Source of the DNA: Cyanidioschyzon merolae
Lineage: Eukaryota
Length of the DNA stretch: 64,000 nucleotides
Reading direction: 5' to 3' (one strand)
NCBI GenBank assembly: GCA_000091205.1
Contig: AP006499.2
Notes under the pieces: generated by a model
The model's input: only the letters and a program-made list of their open reading frames with translations
Told to the model about the DNA's origin: nothing
The model's database searches: none
Translations under genes and position numbers: made by a program
Shown: in pieces, positions 42,863 through 53,643 of the stretch
Layout: every line of letters begins with the position of its first letter
Numbering within the stretch: position 1 is the stretch's first letter

Positions 42863-44147
42863 GTAGTCAAACCATGTGGGCTCACCAACGCATGGGTACT
42901 TTTAACAACATCAAGCGTTGTTTTGGGACGGCCTCTTCCACTCCTTGCCGCTGGATTTCGTTACCTCACCGCCACCAAGATGAGTCGTGACGCCCGCTAC
43001 AAAGCGCTCCTAAAATAACCGATACCACTATGCAGCGCATTCATAAACCACTGCGCGCTTCTCCTTTTCTTACGAACAGCACGCTCAAATACCCCATTCA
43101 TCTGGCTCTCCGTCTAGCGGTTCCATGGCAGCTCGTGGGCGCACCAGATCGCGCCCCTATATCGCGACGACGAACACCCGACGTCGGCCGTTCACGAGTG
43201 TTCTCAGACACTCATGCCGAAAGCCCAACGGGGTTCTCACGTCAAATACTCCTCTCCGCTCTCATCGCACGCCCCCCTCTCTTCGCGCCCGTCGACGAGC
43301 CGGCACTCAACAGCGACACCGTATGTCTCTCCAGCTGCAGGCTCGCTACGGCTCCCGCGTCTCCCGTTTCCATGGGAAAGGGGCCTTGGACGCGGGCGCG
43401 CGCCGTCGCAGCGGCCGCCTCCAGCAGAGTTTGCGTCACCGCTCTGCACAGCGGGAGCGTAGACGGATCGAACCAGCTGGGCTGGATATCTCCAGCGCGG
43501 ATCTCCCTCTTGGTGCCCCGCCTCATCGTGGTCAGCATTGCGTTGCACGGATTCTCCCGCGGACTGGACAGCGTGCGCGTGCGCATGCGCCCGCCCAGAA
43601 TACGCGCCGTGCGGATCGCCCCGAGCGAGCCCGGGGTCTGTCGGTACCGCACGAGACGCCGAGACGGAACGAGGGCGTCGAGGCGACCCTTCTGCATCCG
43701 CCAACGACATGTATCGGGCGACGAGGGAGGCCCTCACGCGCCATGGAGCGGCCCTCGGTGGAGGAGCTTTGTCGGACATGTTGTCACACCTTACCACAGC
43801 CGATCATGGCAGCTACGTTGTGCGTCTCGAGGCTGTACACAGCGAAGATGGCAATGGCAAGCAAAGCATATATCGTGACGACCGCCTCTGGATGAAATGT
43901 TTCAAGAACACCTGGTGGCAGCGAAATCGGGACTTGAACACTGCCATCAGCATCCTTCAACAGTCGACAACGGACTCCGAGGGAGCGGAGCGTCCAGCAC
44001 GCTGACTGGCGGACATAAGAAAGGAAAACGGAGCATTTGCAGAAAGAGTCTGCGAGGGCTGGTGTGCATGACAGTACGATGAAATCCAAACCTGTGCGAG
44101 TACGCCCGTGTCAGGATGCCTGTTCCATTTCATCCCGACATGCGTGT
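42863..44147 (+). repeat. Right copy of the 1.27 kb direct repeat
   Basis: See 36485-37747. The spacing between the two copies is 6378 bp. Confidence 0.85.
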
Positions 44148-44209
44148 TGAACGCAGCAGCAGATTCGTGCCCCATGTGCAGCGCATGATGGAGCCCTCGC
44201 CTCGTGCTC

Positions 44210-44490
44210 TATAGCGCCCAGCATAACTACCTTCGAAAAACGGCCGTAACCCGTAAAGAAAGCGAAGATTCCTGGGATCTGCACATAATAACGAGCGGCG
44301 ACAACAAGGATTCAAGGAAAATCGGGCCAATGGCTCGCTCTTGTGTACAGGAGACGCGCAAATCTGTCTGGATTTTATGCAAAGCGCAGAATACATGGAT
44401 GTCGTGCACAGGAGACGGATAACTTTCTGTAGCTTTGACGCAAAGCGCAGCATAACTGGATCCTGGGCAATAATAACGCACAATTGAGTT
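44210..44490. repeat. Degenerate minisatellite-like tandem repeats
   Basis: Recurring blocks agcgcccagcataactacc / agcgcagaatacatggat / agcgcagcataactggat, tcctgggatctgcacataataacg / tcctgggcaataataacg, and gtgtacaggagacgcgcaaatctg / gtgcacaggagacggataactttctg. Confidence 0.5.
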
Positions 44491-45024
44491 TTTCTCAATA
44501 CGCTCACGCTGAAAGCAAGGACACAGAGGAAAACACAAGACCTTACTCCAGGACGCGTCCCCCGCCAAAAAAATACGGCCTCGCCAGTCACCGGGCTCTT
44601 TTTCAGCGGTTCGCCAGCCCAGTTTCGCCTTGGCGCTCCCCGCAGAGCAGTATCGGAGCTACAATCCCCAGCGACATCGCTAGCACGTGTCCCGGCGCTG
44701 GGATGCGAATCCCGCCAATTGGCGGCTGCACCGAGTCGTGTGCTGATCGCGCAGCGTGATGCACTCAGCGCCGCCGTCGTCGCCGGCGCCGGCGCCGGCG
44801 CCGCCGCATAAGGGCAACCGGACAATCCGCCAGCCACGACACGGCAGCGGCCGGACGTCGGGTGCCGCCAAAGCCTTAGAACGTACACCGTTTCTGCTCG
44901 CGTAACTGAAGGGCCTGGACGCCACGCTCAAAGGGTGTGCGTTGTCGATCTCGTGCTTCTTTCCATAATACGGACGAAACGTTGAAAAACAAAGTTTTTG
45001 TAGTTGAGTGGAGACCCCGAAAAC

Positions 45025-45534
45025 ATGATCGTGTGGAAAGACGTTTTCACTAAAGACGAACTGCTCTCTGATGGAATGAAAAACGTTCGGGAGCTGGAGA
45101 ACGGCCTTCTCCTGGCTTGCGATTCGTACAATGTGACGCTAGGCGGAGGCGACTATGGAATCGCGAACAACGACGAAGAAGCTATGGGGGCAGGCGGCGA
45201 CACTGCGGGCGCAGAGTCGGTGAACGTGGTGGTGGACGCTTTCAAGTTGCAGAACATTCAGCTGCCACGGAAGGATTTTCAGGTGTACATCAAGAAGTAT
45301 TCAAAACGGTTGAAGGAATACCTTGAGAACGAGAATCCATCTAGAGTGGCGGCGTTCATGGAAGGAATGAAGGAATGGGTACCGAAGATGCTCAAGGAGT
45401 TCGACGAGTACGAGTTTTATATGGGCCCTTCCTGCGATCCCGACGCATTACTGGTTCTCGCGAAATACGAAGGCGAAAGTCACTACCCGACTTTTCTGTA
45501 TCTCAAGGATGGGCTTGCTGAAGAGAAGTTTTAG
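45025..45534 (+). CDS. TPT1: Translationally controlled tumour protein (TCTP/fortilin)
   Basis: MIVWKDVFTKDELLSDGMKNV... is the TCTP N-terminus (MIIYKD..). ...FKLQNIQLPRKDFQVYIKKYSKRLKEYL...FYMGPSCDPDALLVLAKYEGESHYPTFLYLKDGLAEEKF is the TCTP C-terminal signature. The start is taken at the Met of MIVWKD. Confidence 0.9.
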   Translation: MIVWKDVFTKDELLSDGMKNVRELENGLLLACDSYNVTLGGGDYGIANNDEEAMGAGGDTAGAESVNVVVDAFKLQNIQLPRKDFQVYIKKYSKRLKEYLENENPSRVAAFMEGMKEWVPKMLKEFDEYEFYMGPSCDPDALLVLAKYEGESHYPTFLYLKDGLAEEKF

Positions 45535-45629
45535 AACAGAACAGAAACACTCATTTCAGTTTAATCTGCAGGTTAAATACGACCAATGGATACCTGGGGA
45601 TTTAAGACCGCTCGTGACCAACAGTGCGG

Positions 45630-46622
45630 TCATGCGAGGTTGCCTTCGGGCTCTGGCTCTTGTTCACGATGCTCGGCAAACTCATGAGGATCAAATTCTG
45701 GCGGGGGCGATGCACCCCCGGCAACAGAGTGATCAACGCTATCCGAGAGGGGGCTCGCATCCGCCGAAAACCGTGACGGCGTCTTTGACGTCGGGCTCTG
45801 CATACGCTGACTTGTGCGCTCACCCGAGGTGTTCACCTGAGAGCTTTCAGTCCAATCAATCTTTTGACTGGTGAGGCTTCCATGTTCAGTCATAATATCT
45901 TGCAGTTCTCTGTCTTGTTCAATAAGCGGCTCGAATTTCAATGCTGCCAGTTGGTTAGAGATATAAACAATGAGGGCCCTTGAGAACACAACATCCTTGT
46001 TGCGTTCGAGCATTTCAACACCAAGCTGGAGAGAGTTGCAGGCGTCCTCTGCAGACTGTCTGGATTCAAGGAGTTTCAGACGGTTGCGTTCCAAACGCGC
46101 GTCCGAATCCTGCTTTTGCGCTGCTTCGAGCTTCTCGACTTTGGTTAAATAATAGTTGACCTCTCTCAGGCGCTCCTCATACACGTGTGCTCGTTTTCTC
46201 ATCTCTTTGCACTTTTCGAGGAACTCGTCAACTTGCGCTAAGACGCTCTGGACCCCCTCCGGTGTCGGTTTACTCTCGTTCTGGCGGTAACCCGTTGGCG
46301 GTGGGCGAAGAAGACCAATCTTACACATGTGTTGTTCCAGTGCCGAGACAACGTTCGCAGTATCTGTTGCGGTGCTGTAAAATGGGTGCGTAGCTTCGAA
46401 CATAGTCTGTATTGAGCCGGTGGCATCACTCATGTTCGCCAGCAGGCTCTTCCAGGCGTTCTCGTTCGCAGCTAGCACGGCTCGTACTCGTTGGGCCCGA
46501 CGCTCCAGGCTGTCCAGTACGTCCATCGCAGCCTCGTACCGAGTTTCGGGCGCACTCGCCGGCCCCCTGCGAAGTACAGCGTCTTTCGAGCTCTTTAAGC
46601 TTAACTTAACGCGGTGAAGCAT
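45630..46622 (-). CDS. Hypothetical coiled-coil protein (possibly a BAR-like helical domain) with a Ser/Pro-rich C-terminus
   Basis: Clean 330-aa ORF with a long helical region (...EKCKEMRKRAHVYEERLREVNYYLTKVEKLEAAQKQDSDARLERNRLKLLESRQSAEDACNSLQLGVEMLERNKD...). The family is not recognised. Confidence 0.4.
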   Translation of the reverse strand: MLHRVKLSLKSSKDAVLRRGPASAPETRYEAAMDVLDSLERRAQRVRAVLAANENAWKSLLANMSDATGSIQTMFEATHPFYSTATDTANVVSALEQHMCKIGLLRPPPTGYRQNESKPTPEGVQSVLAQVDEFLEKCKEMRKRAHVYEERLREVNYYLTKVEKLEAAQKQDSDARLERNRLKLLESRQSAEDACNSLQLGVEMLERNKDVVFSRALIVYISNQLAALKFEPLIEQDRELQDIMTEHGSLTSQKIDWTESSQVNTSGERTSQRMQSPTSKTPSRFSADASPLSDSVDHSVAGGASPPPEFDPHEFAEHREQEPEPEGNLA

Positions 46623-49600
46623 GGTTGCGGTCGCTGAGAGGCAGAAGCTTATAATAGCGATGGTTCATTTGCGCCGATCATGAATACATCACGTACAAGT
46701 GCCGTTTTGTCCAGTATTCCCTGGATCATTCCCGAAGGCTGTAACGCAGGACACGTGGCTGCACCGCGGCATCTCGTTCCGGAACGTGCGTAGACGGACG
46801 CCGCGGCCCCTGGGTGTCCGATCATCCGGTGGCGTTCGGCGATGCACCGATGCTGCGGAAACCACGAGTTGATCAGCGAGCGGCTCGAATGCCGAGGTGC
46901 CTCGTCAACGCGCGACGCCAACATCCCCCAAAATACGATATTTCGCGATCGCGACCTGTGGAAACGCCGTTCATGCAGGGGGTTGTCGGCGATGCCGCGC
47001 CAGGCGCAGGCGCACGTGTGGCGCTGCTCAACCAGCCCGAGTCTTTGCGTAGCCAAGGCAAAACATGAAACATGAAAATCACGTTGGGGGCGCTCGACCC
47101 TGAGTCTGGATTTCTGAGCAGCGGATGATACCAGGGCGTGCGCCACTACATCCATGTCAGAATAAAATTGAAGAGGTCCACTTAGCCGACATGGGTGCAA
47201 ACATCAGAATCATTTCAGAGTAAAACAGAATAGGTTCATCGCGCAAGCTTGGATCCGCACTCGCTATGGTTACGGCTCTTCCTAATGGCATCAACGCGTG
47301 CCTTTAGAGGCTTTTTCTATGACAGCTTCCCTTTACGCTCTTGTATCTCGGGCTCTATACAGGCCGACCTCCGCTTTCCGTCGAGCTCTGTTGCCAGCAG
47401 TCGGAGGATATTTATGGCAACATATTCGTTTGGATTCCGCCGTTTCCGGCTGCAGCAGACGCATTTCACGCACAGAGTGAAGATGAGATCTACGTTTCTC
47501 TTGCCATTTTCATACTCTTTGCACAAGGCCTCGATACGGTATTCGTAACCTTCAGAATTGCCACTGTTAACGTGTTTCAGTGTGTCCAACACAACTTCTC
47601 CTTCGAGGGCTAGCCTATGACGTATGAACGCTTACTTCATCGCTCGGTGCATGCCCTTGACAGGTACATAAGGTTCACCGCCCCGCTCCGATGTTCTCCT
47701 CGGTTTTCGCGCCCGGTACAGTTCCTTACGATCGCGGACCTCTTGTGAGCGATTCTCGCGGTGAGGGCACTGCACGCTGCTCGTGCAAGCCCAAACTGTT
47801 GTGTTTCAAACATGGATTGTGGAACACGATATTGTCCATGATCAAACAAGTATCGAAAGGAAAATTTAGGCTGGAGGGGAATTCGAGCTGTGTCGGTCCC
47901 TCTACGCTCGCTTCGTGCACAGCGGTGACGCATTCTCTAGTCAAAGCAATCACTGGAATGACTCAAGTCCGAGTCCAAGACGATTCTTCGTGTAAGAAGA
48001 ACAGACGGCAGCCGATGGGAGCGTATTCCTTGGTAGGTATCATGCTGCTGCCGTCGAATAGTGTTTCGTCGATGGACACCAAGAGCGGAGGGTTTGTCTT
48101 TCGAACGAAGTCCAGGATTTGATGTGAAAGGTTCGAAAAACAAGTGGCATGAGCTTTTTAACGACTGGTCAAGGGAGGCTGCCGCGTTTTTTCCTTCCTC
48201 AATCTAGCTACCCGAATTGATACCCCCACGAGTCGCGTTGAAAAGTGACCATCGAAACCTTGAAGAATGCGTTATTTGAGGACGTTACGCATATGGAAAT
48301 GAGCCGACTGGAGGGATGGACGTATGAATCGGATCATGACATCGGAATTTTACGAATACATTGTCGATGGGATCGCGAATCATTTCGATTCACGTGGCGG
48401 AACGAACTCAAGCGACAGAGAGTTTGAGGAGCCACTCCAAAATGACCGCCGAAAGTCCTGAAACTTCGAATGAATCCTCAAGTCCTTGCTGCCGCACTTC
48501 GAATGTCGAGGCTGTACTTCAGAAAACCATTCGAAAGAATCGAAATTATCTGAAGAGAGCGAGAAGCTGAGTGTTGCAATCAATTCTGAAACAGGTTTAG
48601 GAATCTTCTCTTCGGTGCTGCGAACGAATATTCCTTATCTGGAGCCTGTTGTGACGAGCGACTTTCCAGCATCCAAGAATGACGCTTGTCTGTTGGTGTC
48701 GCTGCAATAAATCTAGCTTTATGTTCATTCATCCTAGTTCACGAAGAAACATATAATTGAATTGAGGATCCTTTCCGATCAATGGGCCACAAGTTATCTT
48801 CGTGATGAATCTTTCTTCTAGAGGCCTCTGGCAAGATTCACCTGGAGACTCGGATATTTTGAACGGGAACGTCTCGCAATGACCATCTCAATTGCCACCA
48901 CTCAACTGCCCAACTCTTGCTCCGCGCCACGCTTTGGTGCCAGGACAGAATCCACGGCCCCCCGGGGCATACCATCAGATACTACCTATTCGACAACGCT
49001 TTCGTTGGGTAGGCTCGATGGATTAAAGCTGATGTTTTCGAGTGCGCGGAGCATGGCGGTTCGTAGGGCACAATCCTCATCTCAGCTGTGGATACAGCTA
49101 GCACCGCTTATACCATATATTTACGTGTACAATGTTCACCTCCGGAACAGCAGCATGATCGTTCCAGCGATACCTCGAGCGACGCATCTTCAGGGAGCAT
49201 TGCTTATGGCACTTGACGCGCCTCCGGGGTCACGCTGCACAGACAGGACGAATTTGCGATGTTTTTGCGGCAGTCAGCTCGAGACTTGCAATCATTTTTT
49301 GAATGATAGAGAGGAACTTCACCGTGAAATAGCGAGCTCGAGCTTACGACTATCCATCGCGTTGAAAGCCGATAGACATCTGATGTGCGAGCTCGTGCAC
49401 TAGATTCGCTGAAGGCAATTTTTTCCAGGAAACAATCATGTATCCAACCAGGATTGCTCTCGTGTGCGATGAGTTCATGCGACAGGGAAATGGATATCAC
49501 ACCGATCAGCGCACCTGAATTTTCCAAGAGCCTCAGAGGATTCTTCCCGTCGAAGCTGGCTGGTTGATGTCTCCACCGATATGAGTTTACCACCGGATGC

Positions 49601-50152
49601 CGGGCCTACCGAGGACACGCACTGAGATTCTGCATTTTCGGTAGCGACCCTCCCACAAAATGACCGGTTTCTTTTCGTGGCCATGTGGGCTCGCTACGGT
49701 GCAGAACGTTCTCGCTGAGCCTCAATCGCGAAGCAAGCATTGGTGCCTTGCTGGAGACGCGGTGCGCGCTCTGGGCGTCCACCTCAAACATTCGGAGCCA
49801 GACCTCTGCCAATTCATCATCGTCGCTACTCTGGAAAGTGCTCGAGCGATGCGCGACATGCGTGTGCTCCGAGCGCTCACGAAAGCTCGCGCGCTGAAAC
49901 GCAAACCTTTGCTCCTCTGGCCTGAAAGCCGGTTCTGAATACAGTCTCTACTGCATAGCGCTTGTAGCGGAGCCTCGACGGAGCTGTAAGAAAGGGCCCG
50001 CATTGTCGTTCCAGTCAAGGAGAGCATCATCTGCACAGAGACACAAGTTCAGCGCATAGTACGAGACATGCTCGAGGCAACTGCAACAGCGACAGCACAG
50101 CGGTGCTCCGCACGTGGACATGCAGCACACAAGGCCTTACAATACGCATATT

Positions 50153-51331
50153 TTAGAGCAGCCTGCCAATGAGGCGGCTGAGGAGTAGTCTGAGCTGAAT
50201 TCCGGGAGTCATAGGAAGCTGCAAACGGCGATCGAATGCGTCATAGCCCGAAGCACGTAATTTGCGCAGATAGTCCGCCGCCAAAACAGCTGGTAGAAAC
50301 GCTAATCGACACGAGCGGGGAATCCGCTTCCAGGTCTCTTTGTCTGAGCGAGCGCGCTCCAAATATTCTTCTGCCACAAGTGCAATCGACTGGAAGGCAC
50401 CCCGCCGATCCACGGAGGACTGGACCTGGAGGTTCACCAACTCCTTCGCGGAAATCTTCCAAGCTTCCATGACATCACGAGGCACATATGTCTGCAAGCG
50501 AGCTGCGTGATATGGTGCGCCTCGCAGAAGCGTTGCAAGACCCGCCGCCGTACCTACGTCCATAGCGACTCGATCCAGCAGCTGAGCTGTTTCGCGTTTG
50601 GGCGGCTCGCCGTTGGCCCCGACAGCATGCAAGATTCTCGCGTGCAGCGCAATACACGACCCGTGCGAAGCCTGGGTGTATTCTACCAGATCTTGGATTG
50701 TATGCGGCTGCGGATACTTTAGATCCTGCTCCCTTGCTGCAAATAGTGCTTCAAAAGGCTCTACAGGGAGCGCGAAACGTTGAATCGTTTCGCATAGAGC
50801 ACGCAGCGTCGGACTGGAGATCGAGGTACGAACACCAGTCTCCGCACTGCTTCCATCGTATATTCCGTGCACGGCATTGCGGAAGAAAGATAGACGGAGT
50901 CTTCCCATGTCCTCGTTAGAAACAGAGTCTTTGATTCGAGCGAGCTGCAGGTTGAACGCGAAGAGCGCCGCATGCGCACAACGTGCTCTCTGCTCCGCAT
51001 GAAGTACGTTGATCAAATAGGCTCCATACTCCATCTGTCGCAACTGTTGCAAGCAGTACTCATAATCTTGGCGTTGCGCCTCCAAAACTGTGGGAAACTT
51101 AGGCTCCCAACTCGTCGGGAAGGTATGAACGCTCATGCGGCCCGCGGTGAACGCGTGTGTTTCGGTGGTGCTTCCAGTCCGACAGCCCGTTTCTCCCTTT
51201 TCTAGACTTGATGGCTGCCTCGCCTCAAAGTCTTGAAGGTTCCGGTAACCTCCAGGCGTTCGCCATTGGTCCATGGAACCATTCTTTACGGGAACTTGCA
51301 AGGCTTTCGGCACCCCGCAGCTAGCACACAA
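50153..51331 (-). CDS. NDUFAF6: NDUFAF6-like protein (squalene/phytoene synthase fold; complex I assembly factor family)
   Basis: ...YEYCLQQLRQMEYGAYLINVLHAEQRARCAHAALFAFNLQLARIKDSVSNEDMGRLRLSFFRNAVHGIYDGS... and the C-terminal helices follow the pattern of the NDUFAF6/C8orf38 family. The start could be an internal Met. Confidence 0.65.
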   Translation of the reverse strand: MCASCGVPKALQVPVKNGSMDQWRTPGGYRNLQDFEARQPSSLEKGETGCRTGSTTETHAFTAGRMSVHTFPTSWEPKFPTVLEAQRQDYEYCLQQLRQMEYGAYLINVLHAEQRARCAHAALFAFNLQLARIKDSVSNEDMGRLRLSFFRNAVHGIYDGSSAETGVRTSISSPTLRALCETIQRFALPVEPFEALFAAREQDLKYPQPHTIQDLVEYTQASHGSCIALHARILHAVGANGEPPKRETAQLLDRVAMDVGTAAGLATLLRGAPYHAARLQTYVPRDVMEAWKISAKELVNLQVQSSVDRRGAFQSIALVAEEYLERARSDKETWKRIPRSCRLAFLPAVLAADYLRKLRASGYDAFDRRLQLPMTPGIQLRLLLSRLIGRLL

Positions 51332-51460
51332 GTGCAGGGACAGGCACTTAAGGCGCCGGAGGCGTGCGCGCGCGGCACTGCAGAGCGTTTCGGGGGAGCA
51401 GTCTCCGGCGCTCAGCAGCGAGACGGTGGGTCACCTGTAGAAAGCGTCGCCGATCTCAAG

Positions 51461-51560
51461 GATGCCGAAGAACAAGGGCAAAGGAGGCAAAAACAGGAGA
51501 AGAGGGAAGAGCGATAATGACTCGATCAAGCGTGAGATAGTTTTCAAGGAGGACGGGCAA
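51461..51560 (+). CDS. EIF1A: eIF1A exon 1 ([33 protein letters not shown], phase-1 end)
   Basis: atgccgaagaacaagggcaaaggaggcaaaaacaggagaagagggaag... is the canonical eIF1A N-terminus. It is followed by gtaagt at 51561. Confidence 0.7.
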
Positions 51561-51818
51561 GGTAAGTGACTGCGATGTAACCTGCTAGGGCAGTGTCGAG
51601 CACAGCTGCACGCTCGGTGTGGAATCAGCTCTGCGTGATGAAACTTTCGAGTCTCGAATCCTGAATGGCGAACCAACGTCTCTGAAGAATACTGAACCGA
51701 ATTCCTCGTTTCTGATTGGGCACTGTCTGAGCTTTGCGTGTCTGCGCACCGTAGACAGCGCTGCGTGCACTAGTTCCACGAACAACAACTAACCGTTTCG
51801 TTTTCGTATCGGTGACAG
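51561..51818 (+). other. Spliceosomal intron (GTAAGT...ACAG), 258 nt, phase 1, in eIF1A
   Basis: 5' site gacgggcaag|gtaagtgact. 3' site ggtgacag|aatatggacaag. Splicing joins ...KEDGQ to [12 protein letters not shown]..., restoring the conserved eIF1A sequence. Confidence 0.65.
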
Positions 51819-52189
51819 AATATGGACAAGTTTTGCGCATGCTTGGCAACGGCCGGTGCGAAATCCACTGCTTCGATGGACAGAAGAGGCTTGGACATAT
51901 TAGAGGAAAGATGCGGAAGAAAGTGTGGGTAAATGCGGGCGATATCGTTCTGGTCGGTTTGCGGGATTTCCAAGACGACAAATGCGATATCATTCTCAAG
52001 TATTCTGCTGATGAGTCTCGTGCGCTCCAGCGCAAGGGCGAACTTCCGGATAACATTGTTCTGAATGAAGCAACGGATACTGGGGATGGAGCTGAAGTCG
52101 AGTTTGAGGTCGACTTTGACGAAGAGGAAGAGGTTGCGAAGCAGCCAGCACGCGGGGCCATGCCTGAACTCGACATCGATGACATTTAA
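51819..52189 (+). CDS. EIF1A: eIF1A exon 2 (OB-fold S1-like domain and acidic DIDDI tail)
   Basis: ...[77 protein letters not shown]...ELDIDDI is near-identical to eIF1A from animals, plants and fungi. Confidence 0.9.
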
Positions 52190-53184
52190 TGGAGATCGAT
52201 TTGAACTCGGCCTTGTGCACAAGAACGGGATATGATTTGACGACATATCAGCTCCCTTGCGTCAGATCGTGGCCAACCCTACCGCCCTGGGCTGGCAGTG
52301 CGACCCGGGGCCATGCCGATCTCAGGTCGTGAGCCGTCGCCTCTACGCAAATCGTAAAATGCTGTGTGGCAGATGCCGGCCTGTGCGCCTATGCTTCAGA
52401 GTCCATAAACGTATACTCGACATGCGAAAAAGCCGTATTTTCCGAGTCCAGGGCCATGGGTGCAACCATGAAAGACTGAACACGAGCACCCGAAGGGGGC
52501 AGCAGCTAGCGCTCACGACCTACATTGACAGCTGTTTCAGTCACAGACACGAGTGCGGTGTTTTTTGCGTGGTTCAACAGCATCTCGCCCAGTTGGAAAA
52601 TAATGGACAAATTGCTGGCTACCAATGTCTTTGACTCGCACAGACGGCTACTTGCAATGCATTCCATCCTTCTAGGAAAAGGCCTACAGGTGGGTCGCAG
52701 CGATGCTCAAAGGCGCTGGCAACCCAACGTTGCGGTTTAGAAGGTAGTTCGCGTTTTTTAGCAGAGCGATGATAGTACGAATATTTTTCCCCGCTGCAGC
52801 ATAAGCATGGTCCGAAGCCACTCGCTGACTACAGAAGCACAGACTTTACAGTGCCGGAACTGAGTTTTGCACGACACGGAAGCGCCGCACTGCTCTGGGC
52901 TGGTGACACTTGGAGCCTTCAGCGCAGGATCTGGGGTCTCGTTGCCGGCTGCTGGTCGGGGTCGCGCATCCCGGGTCAGTCAACGGCGACGGGTCCGATC
53001 CGTTGCAACACTGGGGAAACGCGTGCGCGAGCCCACGCAGAAGCATTGCACCCAAGATCTGTACATGGGCGGAAGAAGTGGACATTGTGCCCGTGCGCCG
53101 TCGGCGTCGCCACGCACGCGAATGCTCCCGGATACTTTTTGCTCATCATTGAACGTCGTTTCTGTCGCGGCTAGCACTGCATCA

Positions 53185-53340
53185 ATGCCTTCTCATAAAA
53201 CTTTCAAGATAAAGATCAAGCTCGCGAAGAAGGCGAAGCAGAATCGTCCGGTTCCTGTATGGTTTCGGTACAAAAAGGACACAAAGATCAGGTACAACAA
53301 CAAAAGAAGGCACTGGCGGCGAACGAAGCTGAACTTTTGA
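53185..53340 (+). CDS. RPL39: 60S ribosomal protein L39 (eL39), 51 aa
   Basis: [51 protein letters not shown] compares with canonical [51 protein letters not shown]. It is embedded at the end of a longer alternative-start track ORF. Coordinates are taken from the track frame, and my manual position count was off by one here. Confidence 0.85.
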   Translation: MPSHKTFKIKIKLAKKAKQNRPVPVWFRYKKDTKIRYNNKRRHWRRTKLNF

Positions 53341-53643
53341 AGCGCAGTACTTGCGAGCAACGCCGTGTACGTCGTCGTGTTTACCGGCGGCTCTGGTAGC
53401 TCAATGTTTCCGAGGAACGCATCGCAAGCTACTGAACGGCAACGGTGCGCTGCTTGAAGGCGATGCGAAGTGTAAACCCGGGTCGGGGAAATAGATCTTT
53501 GGAGCTATCGAAACCAGAGCGCTGGTTGCCCGTGCACCTGAGCAAGTAAAGTTCAATAAGATACCGTGAATACCTTTGATGCAGCTTCTTACGATTAGCA
53601 AGGTTTTAGGCGCTGCAGAGTGACCAGTGTGTTGCGACTAGCG

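Noticed and set aside
36485-44147. LTR retrotransposon interpretation of the 1.27 kb direct repeats.
   Set aside because: There are no TG...CA termini. There is no gag, protease, RT or integrase homology in the 5.1 kb interior, which instead carries two host genes. There is no primer-binding-site or polypurine-tract context.
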